From: an uncultured SAR86 cluster bacterium
GTDB taxonomy: Bacteria > Pseudomonadota > Gammaproteobacteria > Magnimaribacterales > AG-339-G14
Reading direction: 5' to 3'
Length of the DNA: 64,000 bases
Assembly (NCBI GenBank): GCA_902595715.1
Contig: CACJRI010000003.1
Coordinates: 5,583-69,582 of the forward strand
The position numbers and the translations under genes were made by a program. Below the pieces are notes generated by a model. That model saw only the letters and a program-made list of their open reading frames with translations. It was not told the DNA's origin and did not search any database. How positions within the stretch are numbered: the first letter of the stretch is position 1; each line of letters begins with the position of its first letter. Positions 1 to 8,833 of this stretch are shown here, piece after piece.

Positions 1-1291
1 AAAACATTCTCTTGGCAGAAAATTTATAGGCTTCAATTCTGTCAAATCCCTCGGCCATTTTTCTATCAGCATATTCAACTACCACAACACAGCCATCAAT
101 TAACATTCCTAGGGATATCAATAACCCGAAACACACCATAAAATTAAAACTGTAATCTATTGCAGCTAAAAAAATTGAAGCGAAAAGAAAGCAGGTAGGG
201 ATTGCACCCGCAACCATGGTTGATGACCTCAAGCCCATGGTTCCAACAACAATGGTCATTACTAAAATCAAAGCAGTAAGAATGTTGCCGCCTAGTTCTC
301 CAACCATCATAGAAGACCAACCGGTCCTGTCTTGGGTAATCACTATTTCTACCCCATTAGGTAAATTAGGACGAAATTGGTCTAGAACGTAATTTACTTT
401 TGCTGCAGCAACTACTTCTTTGGCATCCTGTCTTTTCATGACAGAAAGGGTAACGGAATCTTTCCCGTTTACTCTCGAAAAGGAGTCTTTATCCTTGAAG
501 GTCCTTTTCAAAGAAACTAAATCCTTAAGAGTAATGACCTTTCCGTTGTTTTCTATGATTGGGATGTTCTCAACATCCGTGACATTCTCAAAAACAGAAG
601 GGACTAATACAGAAAACTTACCAGTCGATGATCTTAAGTCTCCTGCAGGGATTGCCCGATTAGCATCTCCAATGGCATTATAGAGATCTCTTGGAGAGAC
701 GTTATAGCTTTCAAGTTTGGTTTTATCTATTAAGGCCTCTAATAAGTCATCAGGAACTCCTCTTAACTGCGCCTCTAAAACATCTGGAATAGCCTCTACT
801 GCAGTTTGAAGCTCTCTGGCAAAAGCCAAAAGTTCTCGCTGACTTGCAGAACCAGAAATTAAGTTTATATCTAATATTGGATACTCATCCAAAGTGAATT
901 CTTTTACCACAGGATCTTCTGATTCTGATGGTAAATCTTGCTTAGTTTCATCAATCAGGTTCCTAACATCTTTAACAGCTTCATCTTTTGAATATTCAAC
1001 TGGAAATTCTAAAATAATATAAGACATGTTTTGTCTGCTGTAAGATTGAAGATCTACTAATTCATCTACGGTCTTTAACTTTTGCTCTAATGGTCTAGTA
1101 ACGAGCCTTTCAGCATCCTGAGCAGAGACACCATCGTAATAAGTAGAGACAAATACATATGGAATATTAATGTCTGAATAGGCTGAAGCCGGTATTTGTA
1201 TGATTGAAGTAAATCCCCAGACTAATATGAAGGTTAAGAAGGTGAATGTAGCCTTGTAGCGATCTACAAAAAAATCAATTAATGTTTTCAT
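1..1291 (-). CDS. RND (AcrB/HAE1-type) efflux permease, N-terminal ~430 codons; the 3' end lies beyond the window start
   Basis: Minus-strand frame is open from the ATG at 1291-1289 to the window edge, so it is absent from the ORF track. My translation starts MKTLIDFFVDRYKATFTFLTFILVWGFTSIIQIPASAYSDINIPYVFVSTYYDGVSAQDAERLVTRPLEQKL. This is the typical TM1 plus first periplasmic porter loop of RND pumps. The start overlaps the stop of the upstream adaptor gene by 17 nt. Confidence 0.85.
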   Translation of the reverse strand, partial: MKTLIDFFVDRYKATFTFLTFILVWGFTSIIQIPASAYSDINIPYVFVSTYYDGVSAQDAERLVTRPLEQKLKTVDELVDLQSYSRQNMSYIILEFPVEYSKDEAVKDVRNLIDETKQDLPSESEDPVVKEFTLDEYPILDINLISGSASQRELLAFARELQTAVEAIPDVLEAQLRGVPDDLLEALIDKTKLESYNVSPRDLYNAIGDANRAIPAGDLRSSTGKFSVLVPSVFENVTDVENIPIIENNGKVITLKDLVSLKRTFKDKDSFSRVNGKDSVTLSVMKRQDAKEVVAAAKVNYVLDQFRPNLPNGVEIVITQDRTGWSSMMVGELGGNILTALILVMTIVVGTMGLRSSTMVAGAIPTCFLFASIFLAAIDYSFNFMVCFGLLISLGMLIDGCVVVVEYADRKMAEGFDRIEAYKFSAKRMF

Positions 1292-2330
1292 CAGTATTCA
1301 GTCTATAGTCAATTGCGATATCAACCTTTTCATTGTTATTTACATAGTCCTGACCGACAGTAATGATTCTTGAATTGAAAGGAAGACCAGTCACCCAAAC
1401 TCCTTTTTCTGTATCTTGAATGATTTCCACTTTGTAAAACTCAACAAGACTATCTTTGTTGACGACTCTTACGCCAATATCACCTGCCTCATCTAATCTT
1501 AGAATTGAAAGTGGAACTATATGAGCTGGCTCAGGAGTAGCAAAAATAACGACTTCAGCTGTTTGTCCATCTTTGATCTTGCCAAGTGGATTGGGAATAG
1601 AAATCTCAATGTCAAAAGTATGCATCATCTCATCTGCTGAAGAAGAGATAAAAGTAATTTGACCTTGAAACTCTTGTCCATCGTTGGTTATAACTTTGAC
1701 ACCGCTATCTTTTGTTAAATCTAGAAGTTCAGATTCAGAAATATCACCTGTAACCATCATAGGATCTAAATCCAGAAGGGTCGCGCAGGTAGAGCCGCGA
1801 CTTAGAAAATCTCCAACGTCCAAATCAATTTTATCTACTACACCATCAAACGGTGCTTTTATGCTTGCATAGTCTAATTCAAGTTTAGCTCTTTCATAAT
1901 TTGACTTTGCATTTTGCAGTTGTTTTGATGAATAAAGTTCTTCTTCGTAAAGTTTTTGTGCTGAATTAAAATCAAGCAATGCTTTATCAAAATTTGCTTG
2001 TCTTTCGGCAACAAACAAAGAACAGATAACATCGCCTTTTTTAACAAAAGTACCTTGGGCAATTGGTAAATCAATAATTTTCCCTGAGGTTTCTGATTTG
2101 ACTGATACTTTTTTATCAGCTTTGGTAAAACCTTTTACTACAATTTCTTTAGAGAAATTTTCTGCTTTTTGATCAATAACCCTAACTACAGCATCTTTTT
2201 TTTCAATCAATGCCTCAGGAGCCGGTTCTTGAACGAATAGACCAGAAACCATCCAGATAATTGCAAAACCAATGAAAATTGATGCCCACTCTAAATTGGA
2301 TCTGCTTAGAATCTTTGAAACAATACTCAT
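1275..2330 (-). CDS. RND efflux periplasmic adaptor (membrane fusion protein, HlyD/AcrA family)
   Basis: 351 aa. It has an N-terminal membrane anchor (WASIFIGFAIIWMVSGLF), a coiled-coil hairpin region (AERQANFDKALLDFNSAQKLYEEELYSSKQLQNAKSNYERAKLELDYASIKAPFDGVV) and a C-terminal beta-barrel-like region. It is translationally coupled to the RND permease. Confidence 0.85.
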   Translation of the reverse strand: MSIVSKILSRSNLEWASIFIGFAIIWMVSGLFVQEPAPEALIEKKDAVVRVIDQKAENFSKEIVVKGFTKADKKVSVKSETSGKIIDLPIAQGTFVKKGDVICSLFVAERQANFDKALLDFNSAQKLYEEELYSSKQLQNAKSNYERAKLELDYASIKAPFDGVVDKIDLDVGDFLSRGSTCATLLDLDPMMVTGDISESELLDLTKDSGVKVITNDGQEFQGQITFISSSADEMMHTFDIEISIPNPLGKIKDGQTAEVVIFATPEPAHIVPLSILRLDEAGDIGVRVVNKDSLVEFYKVEIIQDTEKGVWVTGLPFNSRIITVGQDYVNNNEKVDIAIDYRLNTDENIN

Positions 2331-2386
2331 TAAATAGTTCTCTCTTCTTTTATATAGAGGCGAGGGGCGATTATATCAAGGAAAAC

Positions 2387-2986
2387 CTATAAGTATTTCT
2401 TTTTTATTTTCTCCAATCTTAATTTTTGCAAATCACTGGATAGGGGCTTTTCTTCAGTAAATTCTTCTTTGATTTCAGGTAAAAGGAGCAGGTTTTCCTT
2501 AAATTCACTCTCGTCCAATATTTCCTCATAGGCTTCTAAGAACGCCTTTTTGATATCAAACTCAGACTCTGTTTTTAACCTATACCAACCTACTTTTGCA
2601 CCGGCATGATAAACAAATGGATGGGACCAATTAAAATTCAAAGGATTTGTTTCTCCCAAAGAACTTGCCTCAATATAAGCAGCATTTGGAGAGGGGATAT
2701 TTTGTTCAAGCAGTTTTAATTCTTTAATTTGATTTAAAACTGCGCTCAAAGAAGGCAAATATTTTGAAGTTTCTATGATTTTATCTATTGCTCTGAATAC
2801 TATCTCATTTTGATATTTTTCTAGCTTCGCGAGCCAAAGTTGCTTAGCTAAGGTTAGAGTTTCTTCATCAGGAAATGCTTTATGAAATTGATTGTGAAAA
2901 GTGATTTCCAATTCAGCAAAAATAAGATTAATGAGCTCTACTTGGCTTTTAGGTATTTTAATTTTTGAAGTTAACTGCCCATTCAT
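2387..2986 (-). CDS. lambda-P-like replication protein (putative replicative-helicase loader family)
   Basis: 199 aa. The region INLIFAELEITFHNQFHKAF...AKQLWLAKLEKY...AIDKIIETSKYLPSLSAVLNQI, followed by IPSPNAAYIEAS...WSHPFVYHAGAKVGWY, follows the layout I remember for phage lambda P family proteins. It overlaps the upstream DnaT-like gene by 29 nt. Assignment is by recalled similarity only. Confidence 0.5.
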   Translation of the reverse strand: MNGQLTSKIKIPKSQVELINLIFAELEITFHNQFHKAFPDEETLTLAKQLWLAKLEKYQNEIVFRAIDKIIETSKYLPSLSAVLNQIKELKLLEQNIPSPNAAYIEASSLGETNPLNFNWSHPFVYHAGAKVGWYRLKTESEFDIKKAFLEAYEEILDESEFKENLLLLPEIKEEFTEEKPLSSDLQKLRLEKIKKKYL

Positions 2987-3914
2987 GATCTTTTAATCTT
3001 GATAATACATTTTTTGTGTTCCCATGTTTAGCTTTCCATTTAAACTTTACGTGTTGGATAAACTTTGAATTCCAGCAATTTCGCATTTCTTTCGTCTCAA
3101 GCCAATATAATTTAAATTCTGGTATTTGAGATACGGCAAAACTTTTATTTATTTTTGCTAAATTCAAAACATCAAAACAATCTTCTGAGGGTTTCCAATC
3201 TTTATGCATTCTAGTTGGTTTCTTCACCACAGAAATCAAATTTTGATACCTGACCCATTGATTTTTAATATGATTAAGAAATTTAGTATTCCAGGAATCT
3301 GACGCTGTCTTCCTTTCACTCCAATATAAGATAAATTCTGGTAAGGCATCGGTGATAAATTTTTCTTCTATTTCGGCATGTTTTAATATTTGTAATGCCT
3401 CTTTTGAAGGTCTCCAATTTTTTTGAATTGGTTTCATTTTAGATGTTTTATTTAATTTTTCTTCTTCGGCTCTCCATTCTTTTAAAAGATATTTAAGAAA
3501 CTTATAGTCCCAAGAAAAGCTTTTATCCTTTCGATCAGACCAATAAGTTCTAAATTCAGGAAGTTTATTTCTAATGAAGTCCTCAGAGATACCTAGACTT
3601 TTAGCTTCTTTCAAAATATTGTCCGAAGGAAGATATCCTTTAGAAATATTTTGCTTTCTCTCTGGAATAGTTTCTTTATTTTTAGATTTAAGACAAAAGG
3701 TATCTCTCGATGACTCTTCTATTAACTTAAGTTTAAGAAGTTTCTTTAGAACTTTAAGAATTTCCTCTTTTTCAATAAACGAAAGTTTGTCAATCAGCGA
3801 AGTTAAGTCTTGTTTAATTTCAGCTTTAAATATTTGAAGAACAATTGCTTCATTGAGACCAATGCTAAGGGCAATTTCTTTGTCAAAATTTAATAAATTT
3901 GATTTTTTTGCCAT
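2958..3914 (-). CDS. DnaT-like primosomal/replication protein with N-terminal HTH-like region and three tandem DnaT-C-like domains
   Basis: The ORF track starts it at 3956, which would overlap aroG by 38 nt. The in-frame ATG at 3914 (MAKKSNLLNFDKEIALSIGLNEAIVLQIF) leaves a 4-nt gap after the aroG stop and is more likely. There are three repeats of W/Y-x-P-S...(L/I)PEF..YW.......W..KF.......W. Confidence 0.5.
   Translation of the reverse strand: MAKKSNLLNFDKEIALSIGLNEAIVLQIFKAEIKQDLTSLIDKLSFIEKEEILKVLKKLLKLKLIEESSRDTFCLKSKNKETIPERKQNISKGYLPSDNILKEAKSLGISEDFIRNKLPEFRTYWSDRKDKSFSWDYKFLKYLLKEWRAEEEKLNKTSKMKPIQKNWRPSKEALQILKHAEIEEKFITDALPEFILYWSERKTASDSWNTKFLNHIKNQWVRYQNLISVVKKPTRMHKDWKPSEDCFDVLNLAKINKSFAVSQIPEFKLYWLETKEMRNCWNSKFIQHVKFKWKAKHGNTKNVLSRLKDHEWAVNFKN
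3036..3635 (-). repeat. three tandem intragenic repeats with an exact 73-codon period (DnaT-C-like domain x3)
   Basis: The repeat units start at residues Y108, W181 and W254 (numbering from the M at 3956). Unit 1: YLPSDNILKEAKSLGISEDFIRNKLPEFRTYWSDRKDKSFSWDYKFLKYLLKEW. Unit 2: WRPSKEALQILKHAEIEEKFITDALPEFILYWSERKTASDSWNTKFLNHIKNQW. Unit 3: WKPSEDCFDVLNLAKINKSFAVSQIPEFKLYWLETKEMRNCWNSKFIQHVKFKW. Confidence 0.8.
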
Positions 3915-3918
3915 AAAC

Positions 3919-4989
3919 TTAGGCAGATCGCTTAAGTTTTTCTCTCCTTGCATCAACGGCTTTAGCCAAAAGTTTCAGCATCACCTCAGTATCTTTCCAA
4001 CTAACGCAAGCATCAGTAACACTTTGACCATATTTAAGGTTTTTAAGAGAATCTATTTTTTGGTTTCCTTCCTCAAGATTGCTTTCAATCATAACTCCAA
4101 AAATACTTTTATCTCCTGATGCAATTTGATCAGAGATATCTTTATTCACAATGAGTTGTTTTTTGAACTGCTTTTGACTATTTCCATGAGACATATCAAC
4201 CATAATTTTTTGTGTTAAATCAGATTTTTTTAAGTCTTCATTAACTTTTTGTATATCTTTTTTTGAATAATTTGGGGTCTCTCCACCTCTGAGTATCACG
4301 TGACAATCTTTATTTCCAGAGGAGTTGAAAATTGCAGATTTTCCTTCTTTTGTAATGGAAAGAAAAATATGGCTGTTTGAAGAGGAGCCAATTGCATCCA
4401 AGGCAACTTGAATAGAACCGTTAGTAGAATTTTTAAATCCAACTGGGCAAGATAAGCCTGAGGCTAACTCTCTGTGTATTTGGCTTTCTGTAGTTCTGGC
4501 ACCAATTGCACCCCACGAAATCAAGTCTGAAATGTATTGTGGAGTGATCATATCCAAAAACTCAGTTCCTGCAGGCAAACCCAATTCATTAATTTTTAAC
4601 AAAAGCTTTCTAGCCACCTTAAGCCCTTTATTGACATCGTAACTATTATCCAAATCTGGATCGTTGATGAGACCTTTCCAACCCACAGTGGTTCTTGGTT
4701 TTTCAAAATAAACTCTCATCACTATTTTGAGTTGGTCTTTTAGATCTTTTTCTAGAGTTTTAAGTTTTTTTGCATACTCGATTGCTGCTTTTGGATCGTG
4801 TATTGAGCAAGGACCAACAACCACAACCAATTTATCTTCTTTACCATGGAGAATATCTGAAATTTCATTTCTGGAGTTAAAAACTAGCTCTGAAACTTTT
4901 TCTGAAATTGGAAGTTTTTCAATAACTTCAACAGGAGGAGAGACCTCCATCAGACCTGTTATTCTGGTATTATCCGTTAAATATTTCAT
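3919..4989 (-). CDS. aroG: 3-deoxy-7-phosphoheptulonate (DAHP) synthase, class I
   Basis: 356 aa. LVVVVGPCSIHDP...YFEKPRTTVGWKGLINDP...GARTTESQIHRELASGLSCPVGFKN are hallmark class I DAHP synthase stretches. The isozyme (F/G/H) cannot be determined from sequence alone. Confidence 0.9.
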   Translation of the reverse strand: MKYLTDNTRITGLMEVSPPVEVIEKLPISEKVSELVFNSRNEISDILHGKEDKLVVVVGPCSIHDPKAAIEYAKKLKTLEKDLKDQLKIVMRVYFEKPRTTVGWKGLINDPDLDNSYDVNKGLKVARKLLLKINELGLPAGTEFLDMITPQYISDLISWGAIGARTTESQIHRELASGLSCPVGFKNSTNGSIQVALDAIGSSSNSHIFLSITKEGKSAIFNSSGNKDCHVILRGGETPNYSKKDIQKVNEDLKKSDLTQKIMVDMSHGNSQKQFKKQLIVNKDISDQIASGDKSIFGVMIESNLEEGNQKIDSLKNLKYGQSVTDACVSWKDTEVMLKLLAKAVDARREKLKRSA

Positions 4990-5018
4990 TTGACCGTTGA
5001 TTTTATCTCTTCTAAATT
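4990..5018 (+). promoter_or_regulatory. possible sigma70-type promoter for nadE (TTGACC-17 nt-TAAATT)
   Basis: In the 52-nt divergent aroG/nadE spacer, TTGACC sits at 4990-4995 and TAAATT at 5013-5018, with 17-nt spacing, 24 nt upstream of the nadE ATG. AT-rich DNA produces such matches by chance. Confidence 0.25.
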
Positions 5019-5041
5019 TAAATTAAAGCTTAAATTAAGCA

Positions 5042-6655
5042 ATGTACAAAATAAAATTAGTTCAAGAAAACCCAAAAGTTGGCGATATTCAGGGTAATTT
5101 AGACCTTGCAAAGTCTCATATTATTAAAGCTAAAAATAAAGGCATAGATCTAATCCTATTCTCTGAAATGTTTTTAACAGGCTATCCGCCTGAAGATTTA
5201 CTTTTAAGACAAGATTTTTTAGATGAAAGCGAGAGATGTTCTAATGAGCTCAAAGAATTATCCAAAGAAATATCTATAATCATTGGATGTCCTTCTCGTG
5301 AAGGAGAAAATATTTTTAACTCTGCACTCTATTATCAAAATGGAAAAATTGTTAAAAATTACAAAAAGCAAATCCTTCCTAATTACAAAGAATTCGATGA
5401 AAAAAGATACTTTTTGAAGGGAGAAACCCATGAAGTTTTTGAAGATGGAGGCCTTAAGTTTGGTATTTCAATTTGTGAGGATATTTGGAATGAAGATTTT
5501 ACAAAAGAAGTATGCAATCAAGACATAGATTTTCTCATAAATTTAAGTGCATCGCCTTTCACACTAGATAAAAAGAATCTTAGAGAAGAAATGCTATGCA
5601 ATTATTTTGCTAAATTTAAAAAACCAATAATTTATGTTAATCAGGTCGGCGGACAAGACGAGCTTGTATTTGATGGAAGTTCTTTAATAGTCGATTCAAA
5701 AGATACCGTGAAGCGTTTGAAGAGTTTTGAAACAGATCAGGCTGTGATTGAAATAGATGACAATATTATTTCTACAAATTTACAAGGAGATAAATTAAGC
5801 GAGGTGGGAGATATTTCTGATATTTATAAAGCTTTGGTTTTAGGAACAAGAGACTATGTTCAAAAAAATAATTTTAAAGGAATATTAATTGGTTCATCTG
5901 GAGGAATTGATTCTGCTTTAACTGCAGCAATTGCCTCTGATGCATTAGGTCCTGAAAAGGTAAATACAGTTATGATGCCTTTTAAATACACAGCAGACAT
6001 CAGTATTGAAGATGCCCAACAGCTAGCAGAAAATCTTGGCTTCTCTCACGAAGTAATTCCGATATCTGAGATGTTTTCTGCGTTTAAAAATTCTTTGGAC
6101 AGCAAGTTAGAGCCTAGAGAATTTGATAAAACCGAAGAAAATCTCCAATCAAGATGCAGAGGAGTAACTCTGATGGCTCTTTCAAATAATTTAGGATATT
6201 TGGTTCTCACAACAGGTAATAAAAGTGAAGCAGCTGTCGGCTATTCAACTTTATATGGCGATACTGCAGGAGGATTTTCTGTACTAAGAGATGTTTACAA
6301 AACAACAGTATATGAGTTGGCAAACTACAGAAATTCTCTTGGCAAAGCCATTCCGCAGAGAATAATTGATAGAGAACCCAGTGCAGAGTTATCAGAAGAT
6401 CAAAAAGACAGTGATTCACTACCGACTTATGATCTACTAGATCCAATCATTGAAGCTTATGTTGAGGACGATAAAACTAAAAAAGAAATTATTGACTCAG
6501 GTTTTAATTCAAACGATGTACAAAAGGTTATTGATTTAATTAACTTTAATGAATACAAAAGAAGGCAAGTTCCACTTGGAATAAAGATTTCAGCAAGAAA
6601 TTTTGGTAAAGACAGAAGATATCCAATTACAAACTTCTGGAAAGACAATATATAG
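5042..6655 (+). CDS. nadE: glutamine-dependent NAD+ synthetase (N-terminal nitrilase/CN-hydrolase domain + NAD synthetase domain)
   Basis: 537 aa. The CN-hydrolase part has LILFSEMFLTGYPPEDL and FGISICEDIW. The synthetase part has the PP-loop GSSGGIDSALTA and a TTGNKSEAAVGYSTLYGD motif. Confidence 0.92.
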   Translation: MYKIKLVQENPKVGDIQGNLDLAKSHIIKAKNKGIDLILFSEMFLTGYPPEDLLLRQDFLDESERCSNELKELSKEISIIIGCPSREGENIFNSALYYQNGKIVKNYKKQILPNYKEFDEKRYFLKGETHEVFEDGGLKFGISICEDIWNEDFTKEVCNQDIDFLINLSASPFTLDKKNLREEMLCNYFAKFKKPIIYVNQVGGQDELVFDGSSLIVDSKDTVKRLKSFETDQAVIEIDDNIISTNLQGDKLSEVGDISDIYKALVLGTRDYVQKNNFKGILIGSSGGIDSALTAAIASDALGPEKVNTVMMPFKYTADISIEDAQQLAENLGFSHEVIPISEMFSAFKNSLDSKLEPREFDKTEENLQSRCRGVTLMALSNNLGYLVLTTGNKSEAAVGYSTLYGDTAGGFSVLRDVYKTTVYELANYRNSLGKAIPQRIIDREPSAELSEDQKDSDSLPTYDLLDPIIEAYVEDDKTKKEIIDSGFNSNDVQKVIDLINFNEYKRRQVPLGIKISARNFGKDRRYPITNFWKDNI

Positions 6656-6726
6656 ACAATTTTTCGCTTTAAAACACAATATTTTGTGTAATTGAGGCTT
6701 TTTAAACTATAATTGCCCCTTATATT

Positions 6727-7542
6727 ATGAAAAAAGAGCAGGAAAAAAACCCGAGGCAATCGGAGTTTAATCTGGCTACGGTTAACGGTGAGCAAATATT
6801 TCTACCTCACGATGATCTTTATATCCCGCCAAATGCTTTAAAAATTTTTCTTGAATCTTTTGAAGGTCCTTTAGACCTTCTTCTTTATTTTATTAGAAAA
6901 CAAAATTTAGACATACTCGATATCAATGTTGCTGAAATCACCAACCAATACGTAGAGTACATTGAATTAATGGAAAAACTGCAGTTTGATCTCGCTGGAG
7001 AGTATCTTTTAATGGCAGCATATTTGACAGAAATTAAATCCAGAATGATGTTACCAGCTGAAACGAGTGAAGATGACCTAGAAGAAGACCCAAGAGCAGA
7101 ACTTATTAAAAGACTTCAAGAATATGAGCGTTTCAAAACAGCATCTATGAAAATTGAATCGATGCCAAGAATAAATAGAGATTTTTTCCCAGCAAGCACA
7201 GCTCTTCCCGAGTTTGAATCCAAAGAGGCTCTTCCATCTTTAGAATTGGATAAGTTATCAAATATTTTTTATGAGCTATTAGAGAAACAAAAACTTAGAG
7301 GCAGTCATATTATCGAGTTTGAAAAACTTTCTACTAGAGAAAAAATGTCCAATGTCCTAGAACTGCTGGTAAGTGAAAACTTTTTGGAATTTTACAATCT
7401 TTACAAGAAGGCCGATGGAAAGCTTGGCTTGATAGTTACCTTTTTAGCCGTTTTAGAGTTAGTTAAAGACTCTATGATTCAATTGGTTCAATCTGATTCT
7501 TTTGGCCCCATTCATGTCAAAGCAAAGGAAAAGGTACATTAA
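6727..7542 (+). CDS. scpA: segregation and condensation protein A
   Basis: 271 aa. FEGPLDLLLYFIRKQNLDILDINVAEITNQYVEYI is the typical ScpA N-terminus. It is followed directly by scpB. Confidence 0.88.
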   Translation: MKKEQEKNPRQSEFNLATVNGEQIFLPHDDLYIPPNALKIFLESFEGPLDLLLYFIRKQNLDILDINVAEITNQYVEYIELMEKLQFDLAGEYLLMAAYLTEIKSRMMLPAETSEDDLEEDPRAELIKRLQEYERFKTASMKIESMPRINRDFFPASTALPEFESKEALPSLELDKLSNIFYELLEKQKLRGSHIIEFEKLSTREKMSNVLELLVSENFLEFYNLYKKADGKLGLIVTFLAVLELVKDSMIQLVQSDSFGPIHVKAKEKVH

Positions 7543-7546
7543 GAAT

Positions 7547-8122
7547 ATGGATAATTTGTCTTTAATCATTGAAGCCTTGCTTTTTTCTTCTTCAAGACCT
7601 TTGAGTGAAAAAGAAATATTGTCTGCTTTTGATCTGAGAAGCCCCCCGACATCAAACGAAATAAAGGAAGCCTTAAAATCCATTGAGGAAAAATATTCAG
7701 CAAATTCAATTGAATTAGTAAAAGTTGCTAGCGGTTATCGCCTCAGAATAAGGCAAGAATATTCTTCGTGGGTGGCAAAATTATGGGAAGCTAAACCTCA
7801 GAAATATTCCCGAGCTCTTTTGGAAACTTTAGCTTTGATAGCTTACAAACAACCTATTACCAGAGGGGAAATTGAGGAGGTAAGAGGAGTTTCTGTAAGT
7901 AGTCAAATTATCAGAACTCTTTTAGATAGATCTTGGATCAAAGTCGTAGGACATAGAGATGTTCCAGGAAGGCCAGCTTTATTTTCCACAACAAAAGATT
8001 TTTTAGATGACTTAAATCTATCAAAACTTTCAGATTTACCAGAATTACCAGAAATTCAAAACATTCCCGAGGAAGCTCAGATATCCTTACTGAATGAACC
8101 CTCCCCAAACAATTCAGAATAG
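7547..8122 (+). CDS. scpB: segregation and condensation protein B
   Basis: The track ORF starts at 7502, inside scpA. The internal ATG at 7547 (MDNLSLIIEALLFSSSRPLS, the canonical ScpB start) lies 4 nt after the scpA stop. Also has the YKQPITRGEIEEVRGV winged-helix motif. Confidence 0.88.
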   Translation: MDNLSLIIEALLFSSSRPLSEKEILSAFDLRSPPTSNEIKEALKSIEEKYSANSIELVKVASGYRLRIRQEYSSWVAKLWEAKPQKYSRALLETLALIAYKQPITRGEIEEVRGVSVSSQIIRTLLDRSWIKVVGHRDVPGRPALFSTTKDFLDDLNLSKLSDLPELPEIQNIPEEAQISLLNEPSPNNSE

Positions 8123-8128
8123 AAGCAG

Positions 8129-8833
8129 TTGTCTACGGAAAGGATTCAAAAGAAATTAGCTCAAAACGGATACTCATCAAGAAGAAAAGTTGAAAGCCTT
8201 ATAAAAGAAGGCAGGGTATTTATCAATGATATACCGGCTAAATTGGGGGATAAGATTTCTAGCGAGGATAAAGTTTATATCGATGGCAAGCTTATAAACA
8301 TTACCGAAAGAACTTCTTCCGAACTTTTGATGTACAACAAGCCTGTTGGAGAAGAGTGCTCTCATGCTTCATCGAGAAGGACCATTTTTGAGAGCTTGCC
8401 TAAACCAAAAACAGGAAAATGGATATCTATAGGAAGATTGGATATTAATACCAGCGGACTATTGCTGATTACCAATGATGGAAAATTAGCAAATGATATT
8501 ATTCATCCCTCTAATGAAATTGAAAGAGAATACATTGCTAGAGTTAGGGGCAAGCCTTCAGATTCAAATTTAAAAAAATTAATGTCTGGTATTACAATCG
8601 ATAAAGAAAAAATATCCTTTACTGATCTTGTTAAAGGCAAAGAAACCCTATCTCATACTTGGTTTGCTTTGGTTATCCTGTCTGGTAAAAATAGATCTGT
8701 GAGAAAGTTATGGGATTCAATAGGTCATGAGGTATCAAGACTTAAGAGGGTAAGATTAGGAAAGCTGTTTTTACCAAAAGAACTCAAGGAAGGAAAATTT
8801 AAAAGAATTAGTCCTGATGAAGTATTAGGTTAA
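8129..8833 (+). CDS. rluB: 23S rRNA pseudouridine synthase (RluB/RsuA family)
   Basis: TTG start. It has an S4 domain (RIQKKLAQNGYSSRRKVESLIKEGRV) and the catalytic GRLDINTSGLLLITNDG motif. The scpA-scpB-rluB order is conserved in Gammaproteobacteria. Confidence 0.85.
   Translation: MSTERIQKKLAQNGYSSRRKVESLIKEGRVFINDIPAKLGDKISSEDKVYIDGKLINITERTSSELLMYNKPVGEECSHASSRRTIFESLPKPKTGKWISIGRLDINTSGLLLITNDGKLANDIIHPSNEIEREYIARVRGKPSDSNLKKLMSGITIDKEKISFTDLVKGKETLSHTWFALVILSGKNRSVRKLWDSIGHEVSRLKRVRLGKLFLPKELKEGKFKRISPDEVLG

Noticed and set aside
420-683. An 87-aa plus-strand ORF, along with many similar 60-110-aa ORFs in the track (e.g. 1684-1872, 3574-3837, 4727-4993, 10892-11149, 13692-13919, 34898-35218, 35586-35885, 50618-51121).
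   Set aside because: Each lies antisense to or out of frame within a long ORF that has strong family signatures. Their translations are low-complexity with no motifs. They are typical shadow ORFs.
2387-3956. The lambda-P-like/DnaT-like pair as evidence for a prophage or integrated element.
   Set aside because: There is no integrase, no structural or lysis genes, no att-like repeats and no tRNA nearby. The pair is wedged between aroG (4 nt) and an RND operon (56 nt) on the same strand. I report it instead as a possible domesticated module.
6674-6689. The palindrome ACACAATATTTTGTGT in the nadE-scpA spacer, as a terminator or operator. TTGTGT-18 nt-TATAAT (6684-6713) could also be read as a promoter.
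   Set aside because: The stem is only 6 bp and AT-rich, with no convincing U-tract. The promoter-like match is easily produced by chance in AT-rich DNA. It is not supportable without transcript data.
6457-6795. A 112-aa minus-strand ORF spanning the nadE 3' end, the spacer and the scpA 5' end.
   Set aside because: It overlaps two well-supported plus-strand genes and is composed of F/L/K-rich sequence, so it is unlikely to be coding.
8830-8833. Convergent rluB and HAD-phosphatase genes share overlapping stop codons (TTAA), with no intergenic terminator.
   Set aside because: The observation is real, but it simply reflects the extreme compaction seen throughout the window and is not a distinct functional element.
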